From assembly GCF_964355755.1 (NCBI RefSeq), contig NC_092670.1:19578795-19642794 (forward strand): a stretch of DNA of 64,000 nucleotides. Reading direction: 5' to 3'. The stretch comes from Antedon mediterranea (lineage: Eukaryota; Animalia; Echinodermata). Shown piece by piece: positions 48,621-61,399 of the stretch. The notes beneath the pieces are model-generated. The model saw only the letters and a list, made by a program, of their open reading frames with translations. It was not told where the DNA came from and searched no databases. The number at the start of each line of letters is the position of its first letter. The stretch's first letter is position 1. A program made the translations under genes and the position numbers.

Positions 48621-51600
48621 TTACAGTACCTCTTTGTAGACAATATTGGACACTTGGTTCCTGATAACTGCGTGCGGATTGTATATTTTGATGTTGTCTG
48701 GGTGGCCAACTCTGCTTAAAGATACATACAGTTGTCCATGGGTAAAGAACTGTTGGTCCAGAAAAATACCAATTCTGTTTAGTGTTTGACCTTGACTTTT
48801 GTTAGATGTGATACTGAAGCATACTCGAATAGGAAACTGCTTTCTGGTCAAAACGAAGGGTAGTGTCGGATCATCTGGTGATAATTTAAAACGTGGTATC
48901 AATAGGTTTTTGCCTTTGTGTGGCCCCATAGCAATGGATGCATGGATGACTCTGTCTAGTAGAGTTTTGACTATGTATCTAGCTCCATTGCAGTGTCCAT
49001 TCTTAGGGTCTATGTTTCGTAAAAGCATTACTGGAATACCGGGCTTAAGTATTAGCTTGTGAGGAGGTAGGCTAGGCAGGAACAGATCGTTTAAGAATTC
49101 TGTTGGATATTGGTGTTCTGCCTCGTCTTGTACCGAATCATAGCTGAGATATGTTGTAACTGGTCCGGGAAATAAATTTATTAGGCAGTCATTGACCTTT
49201 GTTACATTTTCGTTTGTTGGGCATATGATTGCGTTAGAGCAAAGTGTAGTATGGGAAATGTTTTTGGTAATTCCGGGAAATATTTCTTGACAAAATTGCT
49301 GTAGCGAAGTAGCAGTTGAAAAAAAATGGTCTGGTAGGGCGATTGTATCTTTGTCAATTTCCTCCTTTGTACCTTCTCCTATTGAAAGAAGAAGATGTGA
49401 AAATTGGCGAAGTTGATCTACGTTGCCATATGAATGGATAACACGTAAGTTGTCTGTCAATTTAAGCGATTGGATACTCTTCCAAAGGTATGATGTCTTC
49501 AGTGTTGCTTGTAGTATTTCAGCTTTGCCGCCTTTGGGAATCACTGGAAGGATCTGTCGCCAATCGCCTGCTAGGAGGAGAGTTATCCCACCGAATGGTT
49601 TATCGTTGCTCCGTATGTCACGTACTGTACGATCAACTGTTTCAAATACGTGCTTATTGGCCATCGTGACTTCATCAATAACGATAAGTGATGTATCTTT
49701 AATTAAGCATGCCAAAGGTGACTGTATCGAAATATTGCAGGTTGAGTTGTCATTTACTTTTAGTGGGACTTTAAACCGAGAATGGATAGTGCGACCATTT
49801 GGTAAGAGTGTTGCAGCGATACCACTTGTAGCTACAGCAAGTGCAATGAGACCCCGACGTCGTATTTCGGCTAAGATGAGGTTAATGGTGAATGTTTTGC
49901 CAGTACCACCAGGTGCATCTAAGTGGAAGAGTGTACCTTTTCGGTTGACGGTAGAGTCCACGACAGAATTGTATACATCACGTTGTGGTTTGTTTAGTAG
50001 TGGTAGGTTTGAGTCTAAGATCATTTTCAGCTGACTGTTTTCGTATGTTGTTTCTTCACGTATGACTTGGGATGCGGCATTTGTTTCAGGGTCTGGGGTT
50101 GGTAGATTGAAGTGTTCTAATGATTTCCCACCTCTTTGAAGGACGTGGTTTATGAGGGTTAAGGCCTCATTGATTTGTGATTGGGTGGGTGTAGTAGTGT
50201 GGTCGCGACGTTGAAAGTCCTCTGTGAGAATCTGTACGTGTCTGTTGAAGAATTGGTTGGGATTACAGGGGACAATGTAAAGCAATATTGTAGCGAATAC
50301 CTGTCGGATGGTGTTTCCAAACTGGATAGAAGCAGCTTCTTCCATGGCTTTATCAATTTCACTGTCATCTTCATATAATCCTAAAGCAACACAGGCAGCA
50401 TGGTTAGTGTCATATGTTATTCCACTGACAGTGCGAAGATCAATGAAGCTGGTAGGATTTAAAATGTGTAGCAGTAATATGCGAAGGAAATATAGTTCTT
50501 TCTGGTGAGCATTTAAATTTATGACTGGTAACCTGCCGATAGTATCACACAAGTGGTCATTTCTTGAGGTGTGTCGTTTCCGTGGTTGCCATACGTGGTT
50601 TGTGTATATATATCTGCTTACGATGTTTGGATATATGAGATCCGACGCAGTTTTAGAATTTAAGTCAAAGAATGCGGTTAGCATGGTTTTTTCAGATTTG
50701 TTGATAGCATTCTGCAATCCATTGGAGTCGTCAGGGTTGAAATATCCCATTTGGTCGTGTTCTAAATGGATAGGCAGTTTCTTAACGGCAGGATGTCGTC
50801 TGGTGAGTGGAAACTCGTACAGCCGCCATATAGCTTCTGACGCACTAATATAACGGGCATTTGCAAATGATTCTATTTCATCATGTGCGTCCTCTCCCGA
50901 CGGTAACTTAACCATAACTCTATCGTTTCCCTTGGTGATGTATTTGTATATGTACTTCACTGCCTTGATTGTTGTGACTATTTCGATGTTAATGTGTGCG
51001 TTGTATTTTAAGGTAAGAATCGGATTGTACGGTACGACAAAGGTGTTGTCGACTGTGTGAGTGGTTGTTCGGCGTTTAACAGTAGCTGTTTGTCCTCCTT
51101 CAACGGGAGACCTTCTGCGATAAATTGCACCTGTGTCTGGACTCATGATGGTGTGAGATCGGAGTGGTTTCGGAAAATGCTTGTCACACTTTATAAGACC
51201 TTTGTCCGTTTTCATGCAGGGTGCTGATATATCGTGGTGGCCGCACGGTCCATGAATCATACAGGTAGTAATAATGTTATGTAAGCGGGGATTGTCCGAG
51301 GCGACAGGTATTTCAGCACATACAATTTTGTCGATGTCCGCTGGATTTCGGGGCTTATCTTCCTTAGCTAGTATGGCAACAATGTGGACATGTGGTAATC
51401 CTCTCTTTTGGAATTCTGTCATAAGTGTGTAGGCAACAATGTTTCCAAGAATGTCTAGTTTAAACAGGTCATCCAAGAAGAACCGGAGCCGGTTGTTAAA
51501 TGCACGGTTACAAATGTCCGGTCGGTCTTGTGGCTTTTCACCAGGATGAATGGAGTCGATAATTTCTTGCCACTTTGGATTACATGTAAACGTAATGAAA

Positions 51601-52934
51601 TAATCCGGCTTGCCGTACGTCCGCATTAATGCCATTGCGTCTTGGTATTGTTGCGCATACCATCTGGGACTTCCGTAAATTGTAGGTGGAAGCACAATCA
51701 CTTTTCCTAAGTTGCGTACATTATCTTGCCTGTTTACTGCGTCAATGAGGCATTTATATTTTTCAGCCCTGAGAACCTTCTGATTGTTGCGAGCCCAGCG
51801 AAGTCTTTGACGCTCTGCCTTTGAGAAAGCATCAACAGCATACTGTTGCATAAGTCGGCGGCATTTTGAAATGGTGTTGAACTGATCTTTACGTGTCTGT
51901 AGCCGGTAGCAGTAATAGTTGGTAGGCGACATCCGTTTGTCATTCTGCAGCTTCATGTCGTCATGGTAACCGTCTGCACCGCGGGGAAACATGATGATAT
52001 AATGGAGAGGATCGTATGAACGATGTATGTCATATATCCGTGTGAGCCCACCTCCGCGGAGATGAAGAATAATGTCAGTAGTATTGCATGATTCATTGAG
52101 CTGTAATACGGCTATTTCATTGGTTTGTGGTAAATTGTATTTTCTGTTATGCCCTGCACTGGGTTTGTTTTTGGTTGACAGTATTAATTTTTTGGAGGAC
52201 AGGTTTGGCAATTCAATCACAGATTTCATACTTGCTATGTATGGATTGCTGGTTCGTAGTGTCTCTTGAAGTCCCTTTAGCATAGTTGGGGTTAGATGTG
52301 TGGGTGAATTGGTACACCTTTGGTGAGCCTGTTGGTCTTCTGTCGCGTCATAGAAGTAGAGTTGAGCAAATTTTGGGGATGCTGGTGAGTCAGGAAGTAA
52401 CGAACCTATATAGTGATACACTTTACCGTGGACTTTGAATGTCGGCGAATATCCAGGTAGGCGCTCCTCATTAACACCTATTGATGCAAGGGCCATAGCA
52501 TTGTTGTATGCTCTGATGTTATTGAGGAATGATTGCTGGTCAAATAGTGTTCTGATATATTCCGGAAGGTCTGGTAGAGAGGGTAAGTCAACCTTTCCTT
52601 GTTTGCAGCAGAATCCTATTGTTTCTTTTTCAAATCGGTATGCCAAGCAATACTGGCATAGGTTATTTTGGTTGAAGAGTCCTTTTGGTTGAAAGTGTTG
52701 AATGTGGTGAGGCACTGTGTTCTCGTTGACATCATAAGTAGTCTGGACAATACCATGTCTTTTTGGACCATAATGAATCATTGGTACGTCTTGAGGCAGA
52801 GATTGAGTACTGCCGGCCGCTGGAGTTAGTTCGGGAGTGGGTAGTACTGGCAGAACTGTTGCTGGCGTATGCTCTACATCGGTAGAACTGGGAAGTAAAT
52901 AAAAATTGAATAAGTCAAATTCACTGTCATTCAT
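48621..52934 (-). CDS. Helitron RepHel transposase (HUH Rep plus PIF1 helicase), about 1437 aa; true 5' end probably spliced (acceptor at about 52888)
   Basis: Zn motif CQYC...FCC; Rep motifs YFITFTCNPKW, EFQKRGLPHVH and YIYKYITK; helicase motifs DAPGGTGKT, IVIDE, GDWRQILPV, KSQGQT and HGQLYVSLSRV; terminal NIVYKEVL. Confidence 0.95.
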   Translation of the reverse strand: MNDSEFDLFNFYLLPSSTDVEHTPATVLPVLPTPELTPAAGSTQSLPQDVPMIHYGPKRHGIVQTTYDVNENTVPHHIQHFQPKGLFNQNNLCQYCLAYRFEKETIGFCCKQGKVDLPSLPDLPEYIRTLFDQQSFLNNIRAYNNAMALASIGVNEERLPGYSPTFKVHGKVYHYIGSLLPDSPASPKFAQLYFYDATEDQQAHQRCTNSPTHLTPTMLKGLQETLRTSNPYIASMKSVIELPNLSSKKLILSTKNKPSAGHNRKYNLPQTNEIAVLQLNESCNTTDIILHLRGGGLTRIYDIHRSYDPLHYIIMFPRGADGYHDDMKLQNDKRMSPTNYYCYRLQTRKDQFNTISKCRRLMQQYAVDAFSKAERQRLRWARNNQKVLRAEKYKCLIDAVNRQDNVRNLGKVIVLPPTIYGSPRWYAQQYQDAMALMRTYGKPDYFITFTCNPKWQEIIDSIHPGEKPQDRPDICNRAFNNRLRFFLDDLFKLDILGNIVAYTLMTEFQKRGLPHVHIVAILAKEDKPRNPADIDKIVCAEIPVASDNPRLHNIITTCMIHGPCGHHDISAPCMKTDKGLIKCDKHFPKPLRSHTIMSPDTGAIYRRRSPVEGGQTATVKRRTTTHTVDNTFVVPYNPILTLKYNAHINIEIVTTIKAVKYIYKYITKGNDRVMVKLPSGEDAHDEIESFANARYISASEAIWRLYEFPLTRRHPAVKKLPIHLEHDQMGYFNPDDSNGLQNAINKSEKTMLTAFFDLNSKTASDLIYPNIVSRYIYTNHVWQPRKRHTSRNDHLCDTIGRLPVINLNAHQKELYFLRILLLHILNPTSFIDLRTVSGITYDTNHAACVALGLYEDDSEIDKAMEEAASIQFGNTIRQVFATILLYIVPCNPNQFFNRHVQILTEDFQRRDHTTTPTQSQINEALTLINHVLQRGGKSLEHFNLPTPDPETNAASQVIREETTYENSQLKMILDSNLPLLNKPQRDVYNSVVDSTVNRKGTLFHLDAPGGTGKTFTINLILAEIRRRGLIALAVATSGIAATLLPNGRTIHSRFKVPLKVNDNSTCNISIQSPLACLIKDTSLIVIDEVTMANKHVFETVDRTVRDIRSNDKPFGGITLLLAGDWRQILPVIPKGGKAEILQATLKTSYLWKSIQSLKLTDNLRVIHSYGNVDQLRQFSHLLLSIGEGTKEEIDKDTIALPDHFFSTATSLQQFCQEIFPGITKNISHTTLCSNAIICPTNENVTKVNDCLINLFPGPVTTYLSYDSVQDEAEHQYPTEFLNDLFLPSLPPHKLILKPGIPVMLLRNIDPKNGHCNGARYIVKTLLDRVIHASIAMGPHKGKNLLIPRFKLSPDDPTLPFVLTRKQFPIRVCFSITSNKSQGQTLNRIGIFLDQQFFTHGQLYVSLSRVGHPDNIKIYNPHAVIRNQVSNIVYKEVL

Positions 52935-53302
52935 TTTCACTACCTCATGTTGTATGTGGAATGAAAAAGAAATTGTAGCCTAATGTTAAAGTGGTATCGT
53001 TCCTGTAACTGTCTCAGTATTAGTAATGTTTTGTTATTGTCATAAGATCGTCATCGTGCGTCAGCGTCGGCATCATCGTAGTCATCGTCATTATTATTGT
53101 TATTATTGTTACTTTTTATCTCCATTGTTTCTATTATTATTGTTATTGGGAATGAAGACGATCGATGTTCTATAAAATGTTGGTAGGCAATACAAAACTG
53201 AGTGAAGGCATGTTGAAGTTATGAAAGTAATGCTTTATTGATACCGTACAATCAATCACATTAAGAAAGGTAATCAAGGAAAGTGTCTATAATGCATTTC
53301 TA

Positions 53303-53770
53303 CTAAGTTGATGTATGGCCTTTTTTGTGCTTGACCAGCCTCCGTTTTTTAGGCTTCATAGTTTTCTTGGGTGTTTCTTGTCTTTCCAGCAAGTCCACAG
53401 ACTTCAAAAATGGTTCGTCGTCGCTGTCTGTACTAAAAAAGTCCAGTTCAATAGGTGTTGCTCTAGGTCTAATTTGTGGTGGCTTTGGTGGGTCCGTTTG
53501 TTTACTTGGTGAAGGGGTTATTGGTGAGGTTGACAGGGACATCTGAAAGTTAAGCTTCTTATTGGTAGCTGTTAGCTGCCGCACCTGGCGCTGAAGTTGT
53601 TCAATTTCTGTAGCCTGCGACGATATCATTGACACACATTCCTCCAATGTTTTATCTATCTGCATTCCAAGAAGATCCGCGTGTTGTCGCATGGAGGGTG
53701 GTGTGTTCTGTAACAGCAGGATTTTATAAGATTTCGTACACGTAATTTTCATTAACAGTTCCTGTGCCAT
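53303..53770 (-). CDS. Helitron-borne hypothetical protein (about 155 aa; coiled coil, acidic patch, basic NLS-like tail)
   Basis: Polypyrimidine acceptor TTCCTTTCAG just before the ATG (MAQELL), heptad region IEQLQRQVRQL, KPKKRRLVKHKK, and AATAAA on - at 53234-53239. Confidence 0.55.
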   Translation of the reverse strand: MAQELLMKITCTKSYKILLLQNTPPSMRQHADLLGMQIDKTLEECVSMISSQATEIEQLQRQVRQLTATNKKLNFQMSLSTSPITPSPSKQTDPPKPPQIRPRATPIELDFFSTDSDDEPFLKSVDLLERQETPKKTMKPKKRRLVKHKKGHTST

Positions 53771-55254
53771 ATTCGTAACTGAAAGGAATAAATAAGTATA
53801 ATTGTATGACAAATAGTAAAATAATAAATACACACTGCGTAATGCTTATAATTATATTAATATTATGCATACAGTTATGATTTGAAGAGACATTGGTATA
53901 CTATTGAATTGTCGAAAAAACTATATAGGCCTAAGTCTTAAACTACCGTATATGGTAGGCTATGGCGTTGCGTTAATCGATACATACACGTACTTTACAT
54001 CAGCGTAATATAAATATGTATTTGTCAATTAGGCCTATACCAATAAAGCAATATCTTCCATGTGAATAGCTTGAATGAATGTTGCTGTGAGGAAGATGAC
54101 TAAACTAAACATGGTTAAAGTTAGCCTACTTCAAAATGTGACATAAAAATAAATAAACTTACCCAGAATGTGGAAAACGATTTATAATTTGTGTGGAGAT
54201 TTAGTTGTTTAGCATGCAGTTGGCCTAGTCGTAGTGTCGTAGTGAGTTCGTTACTGTGAATCCAAAAGCGTCGTGGTAATAGCGAATTGCGGTCAGTGTG
54301 TGACTGTGACTTCAAAAAGTCTGACCTTCTCCAGGGTGTGACAGGGTGACATAGATTTGTACTCAAAAGTGTCACAATCCAGGAATGAATTATTAAACTC
54401 GGAATATAAGTTGTAAATCGTCTGTGTAGTGTTTGTACAAATTCGGTGAAAACGTTGTATTAATGACAGCACACAGACATTGAACTATGTGTTGGAAAAA
54501 TTAAACAGGTTTTTGGCGATGTCTCATGTGGACCGCGGTTTACGTCTGTGTATGACCAGTGAAGAGCTAAATTATAATACTGCAACCACTAAAAAATACT
54601 AATTTTACTGAAAGGTCTATTGTGTATAGTTGTAATACGTTATACTTTTCCCCTTCCAGATTATTTTGTACAATCAGACCAATAGTACACTGCTCAGATC
54701 AGAAAAAAAGTAATACATATTTTGAAACAGCCATAATTATGTTCATTGTATCCAAATATTATTTAGAATTACATTAAATATAGATACGTGTCAACCGCTA
54801 GTCCATATGATACCTTCACTTGACTTTATTAGTATAATCAGTGTGCGTTGTACGTAGGCCTATAATTGATCTTAGAAGTGGGTAACAGTATGGGTTGATA
54901 TGTATTGCACTTAACGGTAAGATTGTATTTTCATTAAATAGTTTTGAATGTTTTTTTAAAAATAATTTCTGGTTAAAGATAATTTGGCAAAAGAAATGAA
55001 TGCTATCAAACTTACCGGTTTCGTGCTTTGCGTGTCCATCGTTGTCTTCGGTAGTAGACGTTAAACGTAGTTGATGTTTTCTTTATCTTGGGCATAGTGT
55101 AATCAGTAAAATTAAAAAATGTACGAATAGAGAACAATATAGGCTAATTATTATATTCGGTCTTCCGGCGAATGAGTGAATGAATGAATGATTTGAACCT
55201 GTACTGAAAATAAGTTTGGTAAGATGCGAAATGTATACCAATTATGATTGATTA

Positions 55255-55767
55255 TGTCCCCTGTCAGTGTTGATGTATGGACACTTGACAGCAATCGGTG
55301 GTATAGGAAAGTAAAGGGGAAAAAAGTCACTCAATAGATGTAATTAAAAATAATATACATTAATTATAATGTAATGATGTAAAAACTTTACAACAATTGG
55401 TATTAATGCAAATAATATAATTGTAAAGAACAGTAGGCCTATATGTATAATATATTATATTATTATATATATTATCTGAACGAATAGACACAGGAGGAAA
55501 CCGTTAATAGGGGTCATCAATCACTGAAACAGTCTCTAACGTGACCGTACCAAGAGACCAAAGGCATAGTTTATCAAAGTGGGTGACTGTCCCCTGTCAG
55601 TGTTGATGTATGGACACTTGACAGCAATCGGTGGTATAGGAAAGTAAAGGGGAAAAAAGTCACTCAATAGATGTAATTAAAAATAATATACATTAATTAT
55701 AATGTAATGATGTAAAAACTTTACAACAATTGGTATTAATGCAAATAATAAAATTGTAAAGAACAGT
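55255..55767. repeat. 333-bp tandem duplication; second copy interrupted at 55767 and resuming at 62117
   Basis: TGTCCCCTGTCAGTG occurs at 55255 and 55588. The uninterrupted copy provides the empty site GAACAGTAGGCC. Confidence 0.9.
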
Positions 55768-55849
55768 CCCAGTGGGCACAGAACATAATTTCAACGTTGA
55801 ATCAACGTTGAAATATAGTTGATTTGTTGAAATCATGTTGTCAGCGTAT

Positions 55850-58000
55850 TTCAAACGTTGAATCAACGTTGAAATAACATTTTTTCCCTAACTATCTTTT
55901 TTAACGTTTAGTAATAAACATTGAATCAACGTTGAAATAACATTTTCTTTTTAACTAGTAATTTATGTTAATTAATAAATGTTGATTTAACGTTGAAATA
56001 ACATTGTTTTTCAAACAAATGTTTTACGTTAATTTATAAATGTTGATTCAACGTTGAAATAACATTGTATTTTTAACTAGAAATTTACGTTAATTTATCA
56101 ATGTTGATCCAACGTTAAAATAACATTGTCCTTCTAACTAGTAATTTACGTTAATTTATCAATGTTGATTTAACGTTGAAATAACATTGTCTTTCTAACT
56201 AGTAATTTACGTTAATTTGTCAATGTTGATCCAACGTTGAAATAACATTGTATTTTTAACTAGAAATTTACGTTAATTTATCAATGTTGATCCAACGTTG
56301 AAATAACATTGTATTTCTAACTAGAAATTTTCGTTTTATTATCAATGTTGATCCAACGTTGAAATAACATTGTATTTTTAACTAGAAATTTACGTTAATT
56401 TATCAATGTTGATCCAACGTTAAAATAACATTGTCCTTCTAACTAGTAATTTACGTTAATTTATCAATGTTGATTTAACGTTGAAATAACATTGTCTTTC
56501 TAACTAGTAATTTACGTTAATTTGTCAATGTTGATCCAACGTTGAAATAACATTGTATTTTTAACTAGAAATTTACGTTAATTTATCAATGTTGATCCAG
56601 CGTTGAAATAACATTGTATTTCTAACTAGAAATTTACGTTTTATTATCAATGTTGATCCAACGTTGAAATAACATTGTCTTTCTAACTAGTAATTTACGT
56701 TAATTTATCAATGTTGATTTAACGTTGAAATAACATTGTCTTTCTAACTAGAAATTTACGTTAATTTATCAATGTTGATCCAACGTTGAAATAACATTGT
56801 ATTTCTAACTAGAAATTTTCGTTTTATTATCAATGTTGATCCAACGTTGAAATAACATTGTATTTTTAACTAGTAATTTACGTTAATTTATCAATGTTGA
56901 TCCAACGTTGAAATAACATTGTATTTTTAACTAGTAATTTACGTTAATTTATCAATGTTGATCCAACGTTGAAATAACAATGTATTTTTAACTAGAAATT
57001 TACGTTAATTTATTAATGTTGATCCAACGTTGAAATAACATTGTATTTTTAACTAGAAATTTAAGTTAATTTATTCTTTTTAACTAGTAATTTAAGTTAA
57101 TTTATCATTGTTGATCCAACGTTGAAATAACATTGTCTTTCTAACTAGTAATTTACGTTAATTTATCAATGTTGATCCAACGTTAAAATCACATAGTATT
57201 TTTAACTAGAAATTTACGTTAATTTATCAATGTTGATCCAACGTTGAAATAACATTGTATTTTAACTAGTAATTTACGTTAATTTATCAATGTTGATCCA
57301 ACGTTAAAATCACATACTATTTTTAACTAGAAATTTACGTTAATTTATCAATGTTGATCCAACGTTGAAATAACATTGTATTTTTAACTAGAAATTTACG
57401 TTAATTTATTAATGTTGATCCAACGTTGAAATAACATTGTCTTTCTAACTAGTAATTTACGTTAATTTATCAATGTTGATACAACGTTGAAATAACATTG
57501 TCTTTATATCTAGAAATTTACGTTAATTTATCAATGTTGATCCAACGTTGAAATAACATTGTATTTTTAACAAGAAATTTACATTAATTTATCAATGTTG
57601 ATCCAACGTTGCAATAACATTGTATTTTTAACTAGAAATTTACGTTAATTTATCAATGTTGATCCAACGTTGAAATAACATTGTATTTCTAACTAGAAAT
57701 TTACGTTAATTTATCAATGTTGATCCAACGTTGAAATAACATTGTATTTCTAACTAGAAATTTACGTTAATTTATCAATGTTGATCCAACGTTGAAATAA
57801 CATTGTATTTTTAACTAGTAATTTACGTTAATTTATCAATGTTGATCCAACGTTGAAATAACATTGTATTTTTAACAAGAAATTTACGTTAATTTATCAA
57901 TGTTGCTCCAACGTTGAAATAACATTGTCTTTCTTACTAGTAATTGACGTTAATTTATCAATGTTGATCCAACGTTGAAATAACATTGTATTTCTAACTA
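55850..58000. repeat. 61-bp subterminal tandem array, about 35 copies
   Basis: Unit CAATGTTGATCCAACGTTGAAATAACATTGTATTTTTAACTAGAAATTTACGTTAATTTAT. Confidence 0.95.
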
Positions 58001-59250
58001 ATAATTTTTTTCAAACAATTATTATTTTTGTTTTTCAATGTTATTCCAACGTTATTTTAACGTTGAAATCCAGTTGCCATTTTCAAATGACATGTTTTCA
58101 ACGTTGAAAAACTCTTGAAATTATGTTGTTTTTTTCAAACAATTATTATTTTTGTTTTTCAATGTTAATGAAAGATAAATTCTATTTAATACTTACATTT
58201 TTTAATACTAAGTGCGTTGCCATTGATGTTTCAACGTTAAATTAACATTAGATTTCAGTTGGCGGTTTATTTTATCATCCTTTATTGTAAAACAAATGAT
58301 TATTGGTTATTTAGGAATTTTAGATTGGCAAATATTTGTCTCTGTATAATACAAAAATGTTCTAGAAGTTGTGTTGAAAATTAAATGATCCTTTCATGCA
58401 AGATCAAATTTCATAAGATACGAGCTTGTCATTGGTTTAGTTTCGTTTTGATAAAATTTTGAAAATGGTGTCAGTAATTTCAGTTACTTCGACGTAGGCT
58501 AGGCCTACAGTAGTAGTGGCATCCGTAGTGGTGTGTAGAAAAAAAAGGCTCAACATTGAAATTGTCAAATAAGTATGTTTTGAGGTAGGAAAACAATCTT
58601 TTTTATTTGTAATCTACTAATTTATAAGCTTTGAGCTTGACTATTTTACCCTTATCAATAGCTAGCCTCTAGTCTAGTAGGCCACACATGCATAGCTAGG
58701 CTAGGCTATAGCCTGGTAGGCTAGGCCTAGATAGAGGCTAGGCAGGCTGCCAAACTGATGAACTGAATTCACTCACTAGGCCTAGTGGAAGCATTTAGTA
58801 TTATGCATGTCAAGGGCAAACATTTGCCTTGCCAAGGATAACTACAGTACTGTACTTATATGGTTATAAAATGGTATATTACTATTAGTATTAGGCCTTT
58901 TAGTTCAATACTTTCTTTATTTATCCAAAAGTATACATAAATATAACATTATAATATATAATTAGTTGGCCTAGCTAGCTTTCTGCTAGGCTGTCTACAG
59001 TAGCTGCTAATGCTATTAATATTAGTGTTAATATACAAACACATGCTGCTAGCCTAGGACGGCTATTTGTTAAACTTACTCGCTTTCTTTATTTCAGATT
59101 GTAGGCCTAGCTAAGGCCCTGGCCTATGCCTAGCTAGAGTACAAAATAATGAAGTACATGTAGGCCTATAATCTTTTCTATGTGAATCTTTATATACAAA
59201 AGGTTGGTATTTATAGTTCTTAACTTTAATATTGAATTGAATAAATATTA

Positions 59251-60231
59251 CGCCGTGGTTAGGATTCCGGCACCGCAACTCAACTTCCCATCGTTAGGGA
59301 ATCCGACACGCTATTGCGCATGCCCAGAGCGAAGTAATTATAGCTTGCACTAGTGCCACAGACCGCGCACCACATTACCCGAGAGTCGGAGTGTTAACTA
59401 GGGATGTACTGTGTAGCCAAAGATATCTTTGCTGTGGCCTAGTTAGTCGGCGCGCGGGGGAGAGAGCGATGGATGAAACTTGGCCTAGGCCATACATGAA
59501 TTAATAATTACGCAACGCGTTAAAATAATTATTATGATATTGATAAGAATCAGCTTGCGTATTTCAAGAAATGTACGAAAATGAATAGCGTAGCGTTGCG
59601 ACACCGACTTCTCCCGAACAGTTCTGTTTTTTTTTTTCACATCCGCACGGCGGCTGCTGTCAACAAATCAACTTGTATACGATTGCATGATGTTATGTAC
59701 AGTATAAATGCGTTATATGAAATCTTTTATTTTGTACTTGAAAAATCATAAAAAATAAAACTAGTCATGCAATTATAATTCATAAATATATAAAGTTTAT
59801 ATATGAATGAAGCAAATTTAATTACAAAATAAATAGGCCCAATGGTCACATCTAGCTGGTAGGCCTACTAGTATTAGTAGGCATGTAGGCCGGCTAGTTC
59901 GCCGTGGCGCAGCTATTAAAATGATCCATTGCTGTAAAGCTTGGTTCCCACTAGAACGTAACGCAAGGACGTAAACGCAACGCAAGCGTTTTAACCAATG
60001 ACAAGCGAAGTTATAGACAGTTAGCAATGACAAGCGAATAAGCCATCGCTTGTGATTGGTCAATTTACTTGCGTTACGTCCTTGTGTTGCGTCGCTAGTG
60101 GGAACCACGCTTTGGTCTGTTGTAGACAAAAATAGAGTCGCCGATTACCTTGCTCTGGGCATGCGCAATAGCTTGTCGGATTCCCTAACGCTGGGCAGTT
60201 GAGTTTCGGTGCCGGAATCCTAACCACGGCG
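59251..60231. mobile_element. Mutator (MULE)-like MITE
   Basis: About 80-bp TIRs CGCCGTGGTTAGGATTCCGGCACCG...GCGCATGCCCAGAGC and an exact 9-bp TSD TAAATATTA (59242-59250 and 60232-60240). Confidence 0.88.
59937..60112. mobile_element. 176-bp MITE (same family as 22207..22382)
   Basis: TIRs AAGCTTGGTTCCCACTAG / CTAGTGGGAACCACGCTT. Confidence 0.85.
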
Positions 60232-61399
60232 TAAATATTAATACAGTGTTGCAATATTATTTACATAAATTGAATTGATTGCATATTTTACGTGTAAGTG
60301 TGAAATGATGTTCTGAATTGAATTTTTGTTTATGTACAGTATGATTTTTGAACAATGTGTTAAAGATATAATTGAACTGAACAATTTTTTTTTAAATATT
60401 TTGTTGAATATGCCGTCACTATAGAGTTGTTCACTTTGACCAAAAATTAGATTTTTAAAAATGCATTTGTACCTTAAAAGGGGGACAATTTAAACAAACA
60501 ATTGGTTTTTGGTTAAATGTACTGTTTATTTTGTATTTTTGTTAAGTGAAATCTTTATTGTTTTTGTTTATTTTCTACGGCAAGTGCAGTGAATATCTAA
60601 ATTGTTAAAATTGCAAAATGGCAAGGTATTCAAAGTATGATTGTATTAATCTTCATTGTTCATGTTTTTTGGGGACAATAAATCTTTCAACAATTAATTT
60701 TTTACTGTATTATTTTTGTTTAAAACTACAATAACTTGATTGAATTTGTTTCAGGTTTGGAAAAATAATATTGCCACACTTTTGGAAAGCATAGGACAAT
60801 GTCAACACAGGAATCGAGGCAACTGTTTATTGACTAATCGGAACAATGCAATTACAGTACAGTATTGTGTTATTGCCATCATTTGGACTTCTGCAACATT
60901 AGCACAAGGCACCTGTGACGTGTGTTGTATTTATTTGTTTTACTGTAATCTGCCAATATTTATAGTTATTCAATCATGTTAGTTGGCAAACATATTACAA
61001 ACTCATGGTTATTTGTATATTTTTTATACTTAACATTGGTACCTGAGAACTGTCAGTGAGGATGTACATTATTTGATTGTTGCTTGGATTTTGCCTGATG
61101 ATTTGATTACACCTGATTAAATGTTATTTTATGTTTTTATAGAAATTAAAGATTAGTAAGATATACAGTATTTATAAAATGTCTCTATTGATGGATTCTG
61201 CGACGTAACAGTAACTTTACTACTAACTACTTTAAAACCGTTGATTCAAATTGGATATAGTAATTCAACAAATCAAATTTCAACGTTAAATCTATGTTTA
61301 AATTTACGTTGATGCAAATTTTCATTTCAACTTAATTATTACGTTGTTTCAACGTTAATAATTTCAACATTGAATCAACATTGATAATTTCAACGTAGA

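Noticed and set aside
40477-52692. Numerous short antisense or alternate-frame ORFs over Tx1 and RepHel
   Set aside because: They are shadow ORFs of long coding regions with no independent motifs.
55850-58000. CRISPR-like appearance of the 61-bp and 112-bp arrays
   Set aside because: No unique spacers and no cas genes, in a eukaryotic context; they are transposon subterminal repeats.
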